A DNA stretch of 34,249 nt from a virus (taxonomy: Duplodnaviria > Caudoviricetes). The position numbers were made by a program, and so were the translations under genes. A model generated the notes under the pieces. The model worked only from the letters and a program-made list of their open reading frames with translations. It was not told the origin of the DNA and ran no database searches. Within the stretch, counting starts at the first letter, position 1. The number at the start of each line of letters is the position of its first letter. Where the stretch lies: positions 1 to 34,249 of IMG/VR virus record IMGVR_UViG_3300025723_000111; one strand, written 5' to 3'. Of this stretch, positions 1 through 6,932 are shown piece by piece.

Positions 1-146
1 GTAAATCTAGGGGCTATAAAAAAACAGACTGGGATGCTTACTTTATGCAATCAATAATGGATAACTGGGGAAATATAGAAAATCGTGAGTTTGGGGAGCT
101 ATCACTATGATAGTTAATCCTAGAAGTTTATTAACAGAAATAGATG
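1..146. repeat. Terminal overlap, left copy (circular assembly)
   Basis: 1..126 is identical to 34104..34229; mismatches at 127/34230 (T/C) and 139/34242 (A/T). The initiator and helicase genes read through the junction. Confidence 0.97.
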
Positions 147-961
147 CGCTTTATGATGGTGGTATAGCTAAAGGACATACAACGGGGTGGACAAATGTGG
201 ACGAATATTTTACTGTTAAGCATGGCGAATTTACTGTTATTACAGGGATGCCTTCGCATGGGAAATCAGAATGGCTCGATGCTTTATGCGTTAATCTTGC
301 ATTACATCACAATTATCGCATTGCTATGTTCAGTCCTGAAAATCATCCTCTAGAGATGCACGCTAAAAAGATTATTGAGAAGTATGCTGCAAAGCCTTTC
401 TTTGGTAAGAGCCGTATGTCGCAAGAAGAAATGTATGATGCACTAGACAGAATGAATAAGAACTTCTCGTTTATTAAACCAAGCGAAACAGAGTTCACAC
501 CTATGCACATTATTAATGAAGCATTGCCGTGGCTTGATATGTCTATCAGTCAACCTCGTGCGCTGGTGATTGACCCTTGGAATGAGATGGACCACTACAG
601 GCCAGCAGGATTAAGCGAAACTGAATACATTAGTCGTATATTGACTGAATTGCGTAGAGCAGCTCGTGAATACAAGACACATCTATTTTTGGTGGCTCAT
701 CCAATGAAAATGGCTAAAGACAAGGAAGGTAATTATCCTGTACCAAGACCTTATGACATATCAGGTTCTGCTCATTGGTATAACAAAGCTGATAATTGTA
801 TTGCAATTTGGAGAGATGTAGCTAATAATCCTCAACAGACGCAAGTTCATATACAAAAGGTACGCTTTAATAGTACAGGGCATCCAGGAACAGCTCATTT
901 GTTATATGACTATAACAAAGCCACATACATTAACGAACATGCGTATTACAGGAGCTTGTAA
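107..961 (+). CDS. SF4 replicative helicase, Twinkle/T7 gp4-like C-terminal domain only
   Basis: Walker A TGMPSHGKS, FSPEN, LVIDPWN, LVAHP, YDISGSAHWYNKAD, KVRF; ATGA overlap with the initiator gene. Confidence 0.9.
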   Translation: MIVNPRSLLTEIDALYDGGIAKGHTTGWTNVDEYFTVKHGEFTVITGMPSHGKSEWLDALCVNLALHHNYRIAMFSPENHPLEMHAKKIIEKYAAKPFFGKSRMSQEEMYDALDRMNKNFSFIKPSETEFTPMHIINEALPWLDMSISQPRALVIDPWNEMDHYRPAGLSETEYISRILTELRRAAREYKTHLFLVAHPMKMAKDKEGNYPVPRPYDISGSAHWYNKADNCIAIWRDVANNPQQTQVHIQKVRFNSTGHPGTAHLLYDYNKATYINEHAYYRSL

Positions 962-1095
962 TGTGGGTATTATTTGATGATGATGGTCAACCTGTTAGAT
1001 ATTTTGATTATCCTGCTGAAGGCACAATTGAGATTGTTGAACCAAAGCTAACATTAGATGAATTGTTTGAGAAATGTGGAGAATGTTTATGGTAA
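961..1095 (+). CDS. Hypothetical 44-aa protein (MWVLFDDDGQPVRYFDYP...GECLW), not in ORF track
   Basis: TAATG coupling to the helicase stop; fills the gap to the next gene. Confidence 0.75.
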   Translation: MWVLFDDDGQPVRYFDYPAEGTIEIVEPKLTLDELFEKCGECLW

Positions 1096-1922
1096 GCAAA
1101 GACGAAGCAATACACAAAGCATTAAAAGTTTTAAATTGTTTAAACAACGACAGAGTATATGAAACTGCATGGGTGAAAGGTGCAATCAATGCGTGTGAAG
1201 AAGCACTAGAACAACCAGAAATAGGCGATGCTGAAATTAAACAGATGCTAAATGACATTGAGTATTATCAAAAGCGTATTGAAGCACTAGAACAACCAGC
1301 ATTTGGAGAATGTGGAAATAAATCATGTGGAGGTCATGGGGCTTGCTATTGTGAAGAACAACCAGTAATGGCTATATCTCAAATGAATAATGATGCCTTG
1401 AAAAATGCGTTAAATAATCAAGGAAAGCTATCAGTCAACTCACCACAACCACAACCAGCACAAGAACCTGTTGCTACTATTCAACAATTTGAACATAAGT
1501 GGATTGACAAAGAAGCACTAGAACAACCAGCAGAACCAAGATTAGTGTCATACGCACTTGATGGTTCTACTTGCACATTAAACATTGATGGTGAAGAAGT
1601 TTATTTTAATCGTGAACAACCAGAAGGCAAAGAGTTTTTTGAAAGAGGTAAAAAAATAGCACGATGGGCGGATAAGACAGAGCAAGAACCTGTAGGCGTA
1701 GTGTCATGGCATGAAGGAGCAGTTATGGGTTCAATTTTTCCATCAAGTAATATGCCTAAAGATGGAGATAAACTCTACACCCACCTTCATCAATGGCAAG
1801 AATTAACGGATGATGAGATTATTGATATGTATTTTCAAGCAAACATAAATCCACAACCTCATGGATTTATAATTGACTTTATTCGTGCTATTGAACAAGC
1901 ATTAAGGAATAAAAATGGATAA
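1089..1922 (+). CDS. Modular mosaic protein with EALEQP/QEPV junctions (nin-region, Ea22/DUF551-like architecture)
   Basis: Probable start MVSKDEA with GGAGA upstream; repeated EQP motifs; C-terminal WQELTDDEI...FIRAIEQALR segment. Confidence 0.8.
   Translation: MVSKDEAIHKALKVLNCLNNDRVYETAWVKGAINACEEALEQPEIGDAEIKQMLNDIEYYQKRIEALEQPAFGECGNKSCGGHGACYCEEQPVMAISQMNNDALKNALNNQGKLSVNSPQPQPAQEPVATIQQFEHKWIDKEALEQPAEPRLVSYALDGSTCTLNIDGEEVYFNREQPEGKEFFERGKKIARWADKTEQEPVGVVSWHEGAVMGSIFPSSNMPKDGDKLYTHLHQWQELTDDEIIDMYFQANINPQPHGFIIDFIRAIEQALRNKNG
1200..1693 (+). repeat. Dispersed in-frame direct repeats
   Basis: GAAGCACTAGAACAACCAG at 1200, 1281, 1512; GAACAACCAG at 1356, 1614; ACAACCAGCA at 1451; CAAGAACCTGT at 1461, 1683. 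Confidence 0.92.
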
Positions 1923-2109
1923 AGTTCCTATGTTTGTTAAAAATATTAACGTGCCTAAACCAGCTACATTATCTTTAGAAAAAGTGCGTGAAATAAAAAG
2001 TTTGCTTAACAACAATGTTCCTGTTAAGGTTATAGCAGTTGATTACAACCGAAGCCTATGTTCTATTTATGCTATTAAACATGGCTTATCTTATAGGGAT
2101 ATTGTATGA
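1915..2109 (+). CDS. Small HTH-like DNA-binding protein
   Basis: LSLEKVREIK...IAVDYNRSLCSIYAIKHG pattern; AAGGA RBS. Confidence 0.6.
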   Translation: MDKVPMFVKNINVPKPATLSLEKVREIKSLLNNNVPVKVIAVDYNRSLCSIYAIKHGLSYRDIV

Positions 2110-2321
2110 GCTTTGAGGATACAACTTTTTATAAAGAGTTTGGTGATGCTGAATGGAAAGTAACCACCGAAGATGGAAAAATCCATAAAAGCAAGAAGTG
2201 GCTGTTGAAATACGAAGATGTGATTTATAAAGAGGTAACACCTTATGTGCCAACAAAACAAATGCAAGTTATGCGGTCAAAGTCCAAGACGGTCATCCAA
2301 ACAAAATTCAAGACTTCATAA
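2106..2321 (+). CDS. Hypothetical protein
   Basis: ATGA overlap with the upstream gene; overlaps the NinB-like gene by 77 nt. Confidence 0.6.
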   Translation: MSFEDTTFYKEFGDAEWKVTTEDGKIHKSKKWLLKYEDVIYKEVTPYVPTKQMQVMRSKSKTVIQTKFKTS

Positions 2322-2556
2322 ACTATTTCAATTAATGTCTGAACATTTTAAAGGTAAAGATGGCTTATATCATCCTCACCAATGGTGGAAAGTAATGTGT
2401 AAAGACAAATGGCTAGGATATAACGAATATGTTGGTGCAAATGGAACTATTTATGCTCTCAAGTCTACTGCTGATTGCGATGTGGAAGAACTAAATAACT
2501 TTATGAACGAAGTAGAACGATTTTGCGCTGAACGTGGCGTGTTTTTACAGGATTAA
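2245..2556 (+). CDS. ninB: NinB/Orf-family recombination protein
   Basis: RSSKQNSRLH N-terminal motif; STADCDVEELNNFMNEVERFCAERGV C-terminal motif. Confidence 0.8.
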   Translation: MCQQNKCKLCGQSPRRSSKQNSRLHKLFQLMSEHFKGKDGLYHPHQWWKVMCKDKWLGYNEYVGANGTIYALKSTADCDVEELNNFMNEVERFCAERGVFLQD

Positions 2557-2557
2557 T

Positions 2558-3103
2558 ATGATTGCTGTTTTATTTGCTAGAGATGACAGTCGATATAAGC
2601 AGCTTGATGGCTATGATGTGTATGACATACATCGGGATGCTAGAAACTATTGTTTAAGCTATCCTGTGCTGGCTCATCCGCCTTGTCGTGCTTGGGGTAT
2701 GTTATCTCACATGGCTAATCCACGCCCAGATGAAAAACAATTGGCTTACTTTGCATTGGCTCAAGTCAGATTAAATGGTGGAGTGTTAGAACATCCTGCT
2801 GGCTCACGTTTGTGGAAAGAAGCATACTTACCGTTAGAAGGTGAATTTCCTGATGAGTTTGGTGGCTTTACTATTGAAGTGGACCAATACGATTTTGGTC
2901 ATGTAGCTCATAAAAAAACCAAGCTTTACATTTGCGGAATTGCTATGCGACAATTGCCAGAAATGCCACCACCTAATTTAGCACCAACTGACAGGTCTAT
3001 ATGTGGCAACGTAAAAGGCACTAAAAGATGCACACAGTATCAACGAGAATATACTCCTGATGCTTTAATTGAATTTATGACAGAAATTTGCAGGAGAATT
3101 TAA
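2558..3103 (+). CDS. Divergent C5-cytosine methyltransferase-like protein
   Basis: AHPPC (motif IV), VLEHP (motif VI-like), DQYDFGHVAHKKTKLY (motif VIII-like); no FxGxG. Confidence 0.6.
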   Translation: MIAVLFARDDSRYKQLDGYDVYDIHRDARNYCLSYPVLAHPPCRAWGMLSHMANPRPDEKQLAYFALAQVRLNGGVLEHPAGSRLWKEAYLPLEGEFPDEFGGFTIEVDQYDFGHVAHKKTKLYICGIAMRQLPEMPPPNLAPTDRSICGNVKGTKRCTQYQREYTPDALIEFMTEICRRI

Positions 3104-3585
3104 TGAGTAACTTTGCAGCAGCTAATGAAGTAACAGCACAAAAATTAGCATTTAATCGTGCAGTCATGTATTCACTCATTATTAATGAACACAAAACATG
3201 TCAAGAACTAGCAAAGCTTATGTTTTTTAGCACGGCGTCAGCGTTTAAATATTGTAAATGGCTAGAGTCTTATGGCTTTGTTAAAGCAATTGCTGTAAAG
3301 GGCAAAAAAGGCATTGCACAAGCATATAAAGCGCATAATCCTGATAAGTTTCCGTGGCCTAAAGGTTATTTAGAATCTAAAGACCCACGCAAAGAATACT
3401 TTGATTCACTTTATCCCGATATTCATAAAGAGTTACGGGACGCAATCTTTGAGGGTAAAATAAGCCATGAAGTTGTAAGAACTCATAGAGAGTCTGATGT
3501 AACTTGGCATGATGAACGCAAGCTTAACAGAAAGCTAGACCGTGGTTATTTAACATCATCAATGGCTGGAGAGTTTAGTGCCTAA
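3103..3585 (+). CDS. Winged-HTH-like hypothetical protein
   Basis: TAATG coupling; KTCQELAKLMFFSTASAFKYCKWLESYGFV. Confidence 0.6.
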   Translation: MSNFAAANEVTAQKLAFNRAVMYSLIINEHKTCQELAKLMFFSTASAFKYCKWLESYGFVKAIAVKGKKGIAQAYKAHNPDKFPWPKGYLESKDPRKEYFDSLYPDIHKELRDAIFEGKISHEVVRTHRESDVTWHDERKLNRKLDRGYLTSSMAGEFSA

Positions 3586-3871
3586 TTACAGAAACAAGAA
3601 GTTACTTGAGTTATGCCGTGAAATACCATGTCAGTCATGTGGTCGTATGGATGGTACAGTATGTGCTGCACATAGCAATCAACAAAGAGATGGCAAAGGC
3701 ACAGGCATCAAAGCCAGCGATGCTATGGTAGCTAGTCTATGTAGTAAATGCCATTACGAGCTGGACAACGGTAAAGATTTAAGCAAAGACGAACGCAGGG
3801 AAATATGGGAGCTTGCTCATAGACTAACAATTAAATATTTTATTGAACATGATATGCTGGTGGTTAAATGA
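3578..3871 (+). CDS. DUF1364/YbcO-like His-Me finger (Zn) nuclease
   Basis: PCQSCG, AAHSN, GKGTGIKASD, LCSKCH. Confidence 0.8.
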   Translation: MPNYRNKKLLELCREIPCQSCGRMDGTVCAAHSNQQRDGKGTGIKASDAMVASLCSKCHYELDNGKDLSKDERREIWELAHRLTIKYFIEHDMLVVK

Positions 3872-4161
3872 TAAAAACAAAAAAAGAAATACAATTATCT
3901 CTTTTAGATATGGCTAATAAATATGATGCTTTAGTATGGTATGCACGTTCAGACCCTAATAGCACTTTAAAAGGGGCGTTAATGGGTCAAATGCAAGCTG
4001 AAAAAGATTATCCAGATGAAATTAAAAATTTGCAAGAATGTGAAGATAATTGGCAGCATGGATTTAATAGTGGGATGTTGGCTGGGCTACGTTACACTTT
4101 AACTTGTTTTGAGCTTGGAATTGAACAAGCTAATGAGTGGTTTCCAGAATTAGATACATAA
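3868..4161 (+). CDS. Hypothetical protein
   Basis: ATGA overlap, 97-aa ORF in operon. Confidence 0.7.
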   Translation: MIKTKKEIQLSLLDMANKYDALVWYARSDPNSTLKGALMGQMQAEKDYPDEIKNLQECEDNWQHGFNSGMLAGLRYTLTCFELGIEQANEWFPELDT

Positions 4162-4173
4162 GGAATAATGTAA

Positions 4174-5037
4174 ATGGCACATAAATGGACTGAAGAAGAA
4201 ATTGATTTGCTTAAAACACATTATCCGCAAATTGGGAAACTTGCTTTTGCTAAATTAATGGGAATGACAGAAGCCCAAGTTAGGGCAAAAGCTGCAAGGT
4301 TGGGAATAAAACAAGATAAAACAGGGGAATTTTTTAAAGATTGGCAAAGACGTTCCGCAGAATCAAAGATAGGAAAGAAAAGGCCAGCTCAAGCCAATGT
4401 AATGAAAAGTTTACATAAACAAGGAAAATTAAAAAAGACCCAAAAGCAATTAGCTGAAGCTGGTAAAAAAATAAGTAAACATTGGAAAGAGTTTGGCCAT
4501 CCTAGAGGCGCATTAGGATTAAAACATACAGATGAATTAAAAAAAGCACAATCTGAACGCTCAAAAAAAATGTGGGAAAATATGTCAGATGAAGTCAGGG
4601 ATGAATTTTCAAAAAGAGCATCAATTACTGGACAAAAAACTACAATGAATAGAATGAACGCATCTTGGAAAGCTGATTGGCGCGAAATAGGGGGATTAAG
4701 AAAATATTATCGTTCTCGATGGGAAGCTAATTATGCTAGATATTTACAATGGCTTTTAGAAAATAAACAAATTCAAAAATGGGAGCATGAGCCACAAACG
4801 TTTTGGTTTGAAGGAATTAAACGTGGTGTAATGAGTTATTTGCCAGATTTTCGTATAATCGAAAATGATGGCTCTGTTGTATTCCATGAAGTAAAAGGAT
4901 GGATGGATGATAGAAGCAAAACAAAGATTAAGCGCATGGCTATATATTATCCAAATGTAAAGTTAATTGTTATTGATTCAAAACTATACAAATCACTTGA
5001 AAAAAAAGCAAAACTTTTTGTAAAGGATTGGGAATAA
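4174..5037 (+). CDS. PD-(D/E)xK endonuclease (DUF1064/T7 endonuclease I-like) with N-terminal HTH and NUMOD3-like modules
   Basis: KWTEEEIDLL...; GLKHTDELKKAQSE; YRSRWEANYA, YLPDF, EVKG. Confidence 0.75.
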   Translation: MAHKWTEEEIDLLKTHYPQIGKLAFAKLMGMTEAQVRAKAARLGIKQDKTGEFFKDWQRRSAESKIGKKRPAQANVMKSLHKQGKLKKTQKQLAEAGKKISKHWKEFGHPRGALGLKHTDELKKAQSERSKKMWENMSDEVRDEFSKRASITGQKTTMNRMNASWKADWREIGGLRKYYRSRWEANYARYLQWLLENKQIQKWEHEPQTFWFEGIKRGVMSYLPDFRIIENDGSVVFHEVKGWMDDRSKTKIKRMAIYYPNVKLIVIDSKLYKSLEKKAKLFVKDWE

Positions 5038-5363
5038 TGGATAGCGGACGTGTCATTTACTATTTAGACCTATGGCGTGATTACATGAAGTCTGATAACA
5101 ACAGGCTAGGATTTAAGTCAAAGTCAACAGGCTTTAATACAGGTGGCGTACATAGCTTTGAGGATATGGCTGATGAAGTAGATAGTGAAGCTGCTCGTGT
5201 AGTAGACAAAGTAATAGATGACTTGCCTATGATGCAAAAGAACGCTATATACATTATTTACCTTGGTCAAAAGTCTATGCTTGATACCAGGGCATTAGAA
5301 TACTATTATGATAGTGCATTGATGATGCTACAACGTAAGCTAAAAGAAAAGAACTTATACTGA
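5037..5363 (+). CDS. Putative late antiterminator Q-like protein
   Basis: End of the nin-like region; LDLWRDYM...LGFKSKS N-terminus; VDKVIDDLPMMQKNAIYIIYL C-terminal helices; a promoter-terminator leader lies downstream. Confidence 0.7.
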   Translation: MDSGRVIYYLDLWRDYMKSDNNRLGFKSKSTGFNTGGVHSFEDMADEVDSEAARVVDKVIDDLPMMQKNAIYIIYLGQKSMLDTRALEYYYDSALMMLQRKLKEKNLY

Positions 5364-5494
5364 TGAAACTTAAATTTATTAAAACTCGTGGCAGACCACC
5401 AAAGCGAATAAGATTATCTTTAATTGATATGGATGTATTGCGAATGGGTGGAATAGTTAAAATTACTGGATACATAGTTAAAAATGAACGATGA
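5363..5494 (+). CDS. 43-aa basic peptide with AT-hook (TRGRPPKR), not in ORF track
   Basis: TGATG coupling to the Q-like stop; overlaps the next start. Confidence 0.55.
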   Translation: MKLKFIKTRGRPPKRIRLSLIDMDVLRMGGIVKITGYIVKNER

Positions 5495-5690
5495 AATCAA
5501 TAAAGTCCTAGAATGCAATATCTACATTGAAGGCGTAGCATATCCTATTATCAGAAAGATATACTTTCACAGAGAATCAGGTGGATTAAGTAGAATTCCT
5601 GCATTTGCTGCTATAGGTAAGCGTGATGACATAGCAAAAGAGATAGCTTATCAGTTAAATCGCATAGGATATAAAGCTCAAAACAAATGA
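5484..5690 (+). CDS. Hypothetical protein
   Basis: 68-aa ORF converging on the antisense nuclease gene. Confidence 0.5.
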   Translation: MNDEINKVLECNIYIEGVAYPIIRKIYFHRESGGLSRIPAFAAIGKRDDIAKEIAYQLNRIGYKAQNK

Positions 5691-6226
5691 GCGTATTGTT
5701 TCATGTAATTCGCTATCTTTAATAACTCGGCTGGAGTTGCATCGTTTTTAATTCTATTAGCTCTCCAGCTAATTATTTGCACATTGCCTTTTACATAACC
5801 TTTAGATGGAACTATTTTGTCAAATGTAGGCCATTTATCTTTGTGACCAACATTAAAGTAATCTAATTCATTGCCAAGCATAGGACAATGAGTAGGCCAA
5901 TCAATTTCTCCAAATTCAATATTCCATTTAACACCATTGCGAACACAATTAGCTTTTTTCATTCTAAACTTATGACGTTGCTCATGGTAAATGGCAGAGC
6001 CATTTTTATTTCCCCATTTTAATTTCCATTTAGCTTCTTTATCTACCGTTTGTTTCTTTTTGCCAATAAGTGATTTATCAATCTTAAGTTTTTTTAAGAT
6101 TTGTTCAATTCTTTGCTTGGTAACACCATAATGTTCACCAATTTCACGCAATGTTTTATATTCAGAGCCCATTTTTAAAATATTTTCAATTTCATTTTCC
6201 CACAAAATTGTTGATTTAAAAGGCAT
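5678..6226 (-). CDS. HTH + HNH-like (His-Me finger) putative homing endonuclease
   Basis: TLREIGEHYGVTKQRIEQI (sigma region 4-like HTH); CPMLG...TFDKIVPSKGYVKGNVQIISWRANRIK; AGGA RBS and its own promoter. Confidence 0.8.
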   Translation of the reverse strand: MPFKSTILWENEIENILKMGSEYKTLREIGEHYGVTKQRIEQILKKLKIDKSLIGKKKQTVDKEAKWKLKWGNKNGSAIYHEQRHKFRMKKANCVRNGVKWNIEFGEIDWPTHCPMLGNELDYFNVGHKDKWPTFDKIVPSKGYVKGNVQIISWRANRIKNDATPAELLKIANYMKQYAHLF

Positions 6227-6255
6227 TTTTATATTTTCCTAGACAATAGCTTGTT

Positions 6256-6284
6256 ATTGTAACCTTTAGACAGTTGTGCGTCAA
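6256..6284 (-). promoter_or_regulatory. Sigma70 promoter of the endonuclease gene
   Basis: TTGACG-17 bp-TACAAT on the minus strand. Confidence 0.8.
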
Positions 6285-6321
6285 GATAGTTCTATGGTAA
6301 TATACGACTTGCAGGTATAGT
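6274..6321 (+). promoter_or_regulatory. Putative late promoter (pR'-like) with -10-like pause element
   Basis: TTGTGC-18 bp-TAATAT with extended TG; TATAGT at 6316..6321. Confidence 0.6.
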
Positions 6322-6371
6322 TGCGCCTAATGGGTTCATATATCTAGCATTACTTCATCTCCGTGAAGTCC

Positions 6372-6401
6372 TAGCCAGCTTAAAGCCCTGGCTATTTTTT
6401 T
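6372..6401 (+). terminator. Intrinsic terminator in late leader (tR'-like)
   Basis: TAGCCAG/CTGGCTA stem followed by T7. Confidence 0.85.
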
Positions 6402-6428
6402 GGGCGAAAGCTATGCAAGTAACCCAAA
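6399..6428 (+). ncRNA. GAAA/AGUA internal-loop hairpin, copy 1
   Basis: TTTGGG-C-GAAA-GC-tat-GC-A-AGTA-A-CCCAAA. Confidence 0.5.
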
Positions 6429-6449
6429 TCTATTCTAAAGGATAACTAT

Positions 6450-6620
6450 ATGCCGTACAACGAACAACAACATAAGCTCTTTGAAGCAGCAGCGCACTCC
6501 GCTGAAGTTGCCAAGCGTGTAGGTATCCCTCAAGACACAGCAGCAAAGATGGCATCAGAAGGTGTCAAGGGTAAGAAAAAAGACCCTAAAAAGCTTGCTA
6601 GTGCATTAATGAAAATGTAA
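6450..6620 (+). CDS. 56-aa first late protein (MPYNEQQHKLFEAAAH...KKLASALMKM), not in ORF track
   Basis: AAGGA RBS; typical small gene ahead of terminase. Confidence 0.8.
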   Translation: MPYNEQQHKLFEAAAHSAEVAKRVGIPQDTAAKMASEGVKGKKKDPKKLASALMKM

Positions 6621-6662
6621 CAACAATTCAATAACTTAAATTTCGTAATATAGGTAAATCAA

Positions 6663-6932
6663 ATGACTACAGCCAAGAACACTCGAGGCGGTCAAATTGG
6701 TAACCAAAACGCAGCTAAACCTAAACTTATCTCTGATGCTTTACGTAAGCATTTAGTACAGAATGGTGAGAAGGTAGAAAAGCTAGTAAAGGTTCTCATT
6801 GACAAAGCACTCGAAGGAGATATGAGCGCTATGCGAGAACTACTAGACCGATTAGAAGGCAAAGTAACTCAATCCGTAGAGCAGAACACTAACTTGACTG
6901 CTGACGTTGAGATATACGCATGGCAAGAATAG
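6663..6932 (+). CDS. terS: Terminase small subunit
   Basis: RGGQIGNQNA motif, ALEGDMSAMRELLDRLEGK; directly upstream of TerL. Confidence 0.8.
   Translation: MTTAKNTRGGQIGNQNAAKPKLISDALRKHLVQNGEKVEKLVKVLIDKALEGDMSAMRELLDRLEGKVTQSVEQNTNLTADVEIYAWQE

Noticed and set aside
1074-1088. Longer ORF-track starts (1074, 2534, 3088, 5028, 27206, 30380, 31594, 33159, 33593)
   Set aside because: Downstream ATGs have better RBSs or stop-start coupling, so the shorter starts were used.
1200-1693. CRISPR array
   Set aside because: The repeats are short, non-palindromic, irregularly spaced and in frame within an ORF; no cas genes or leader.
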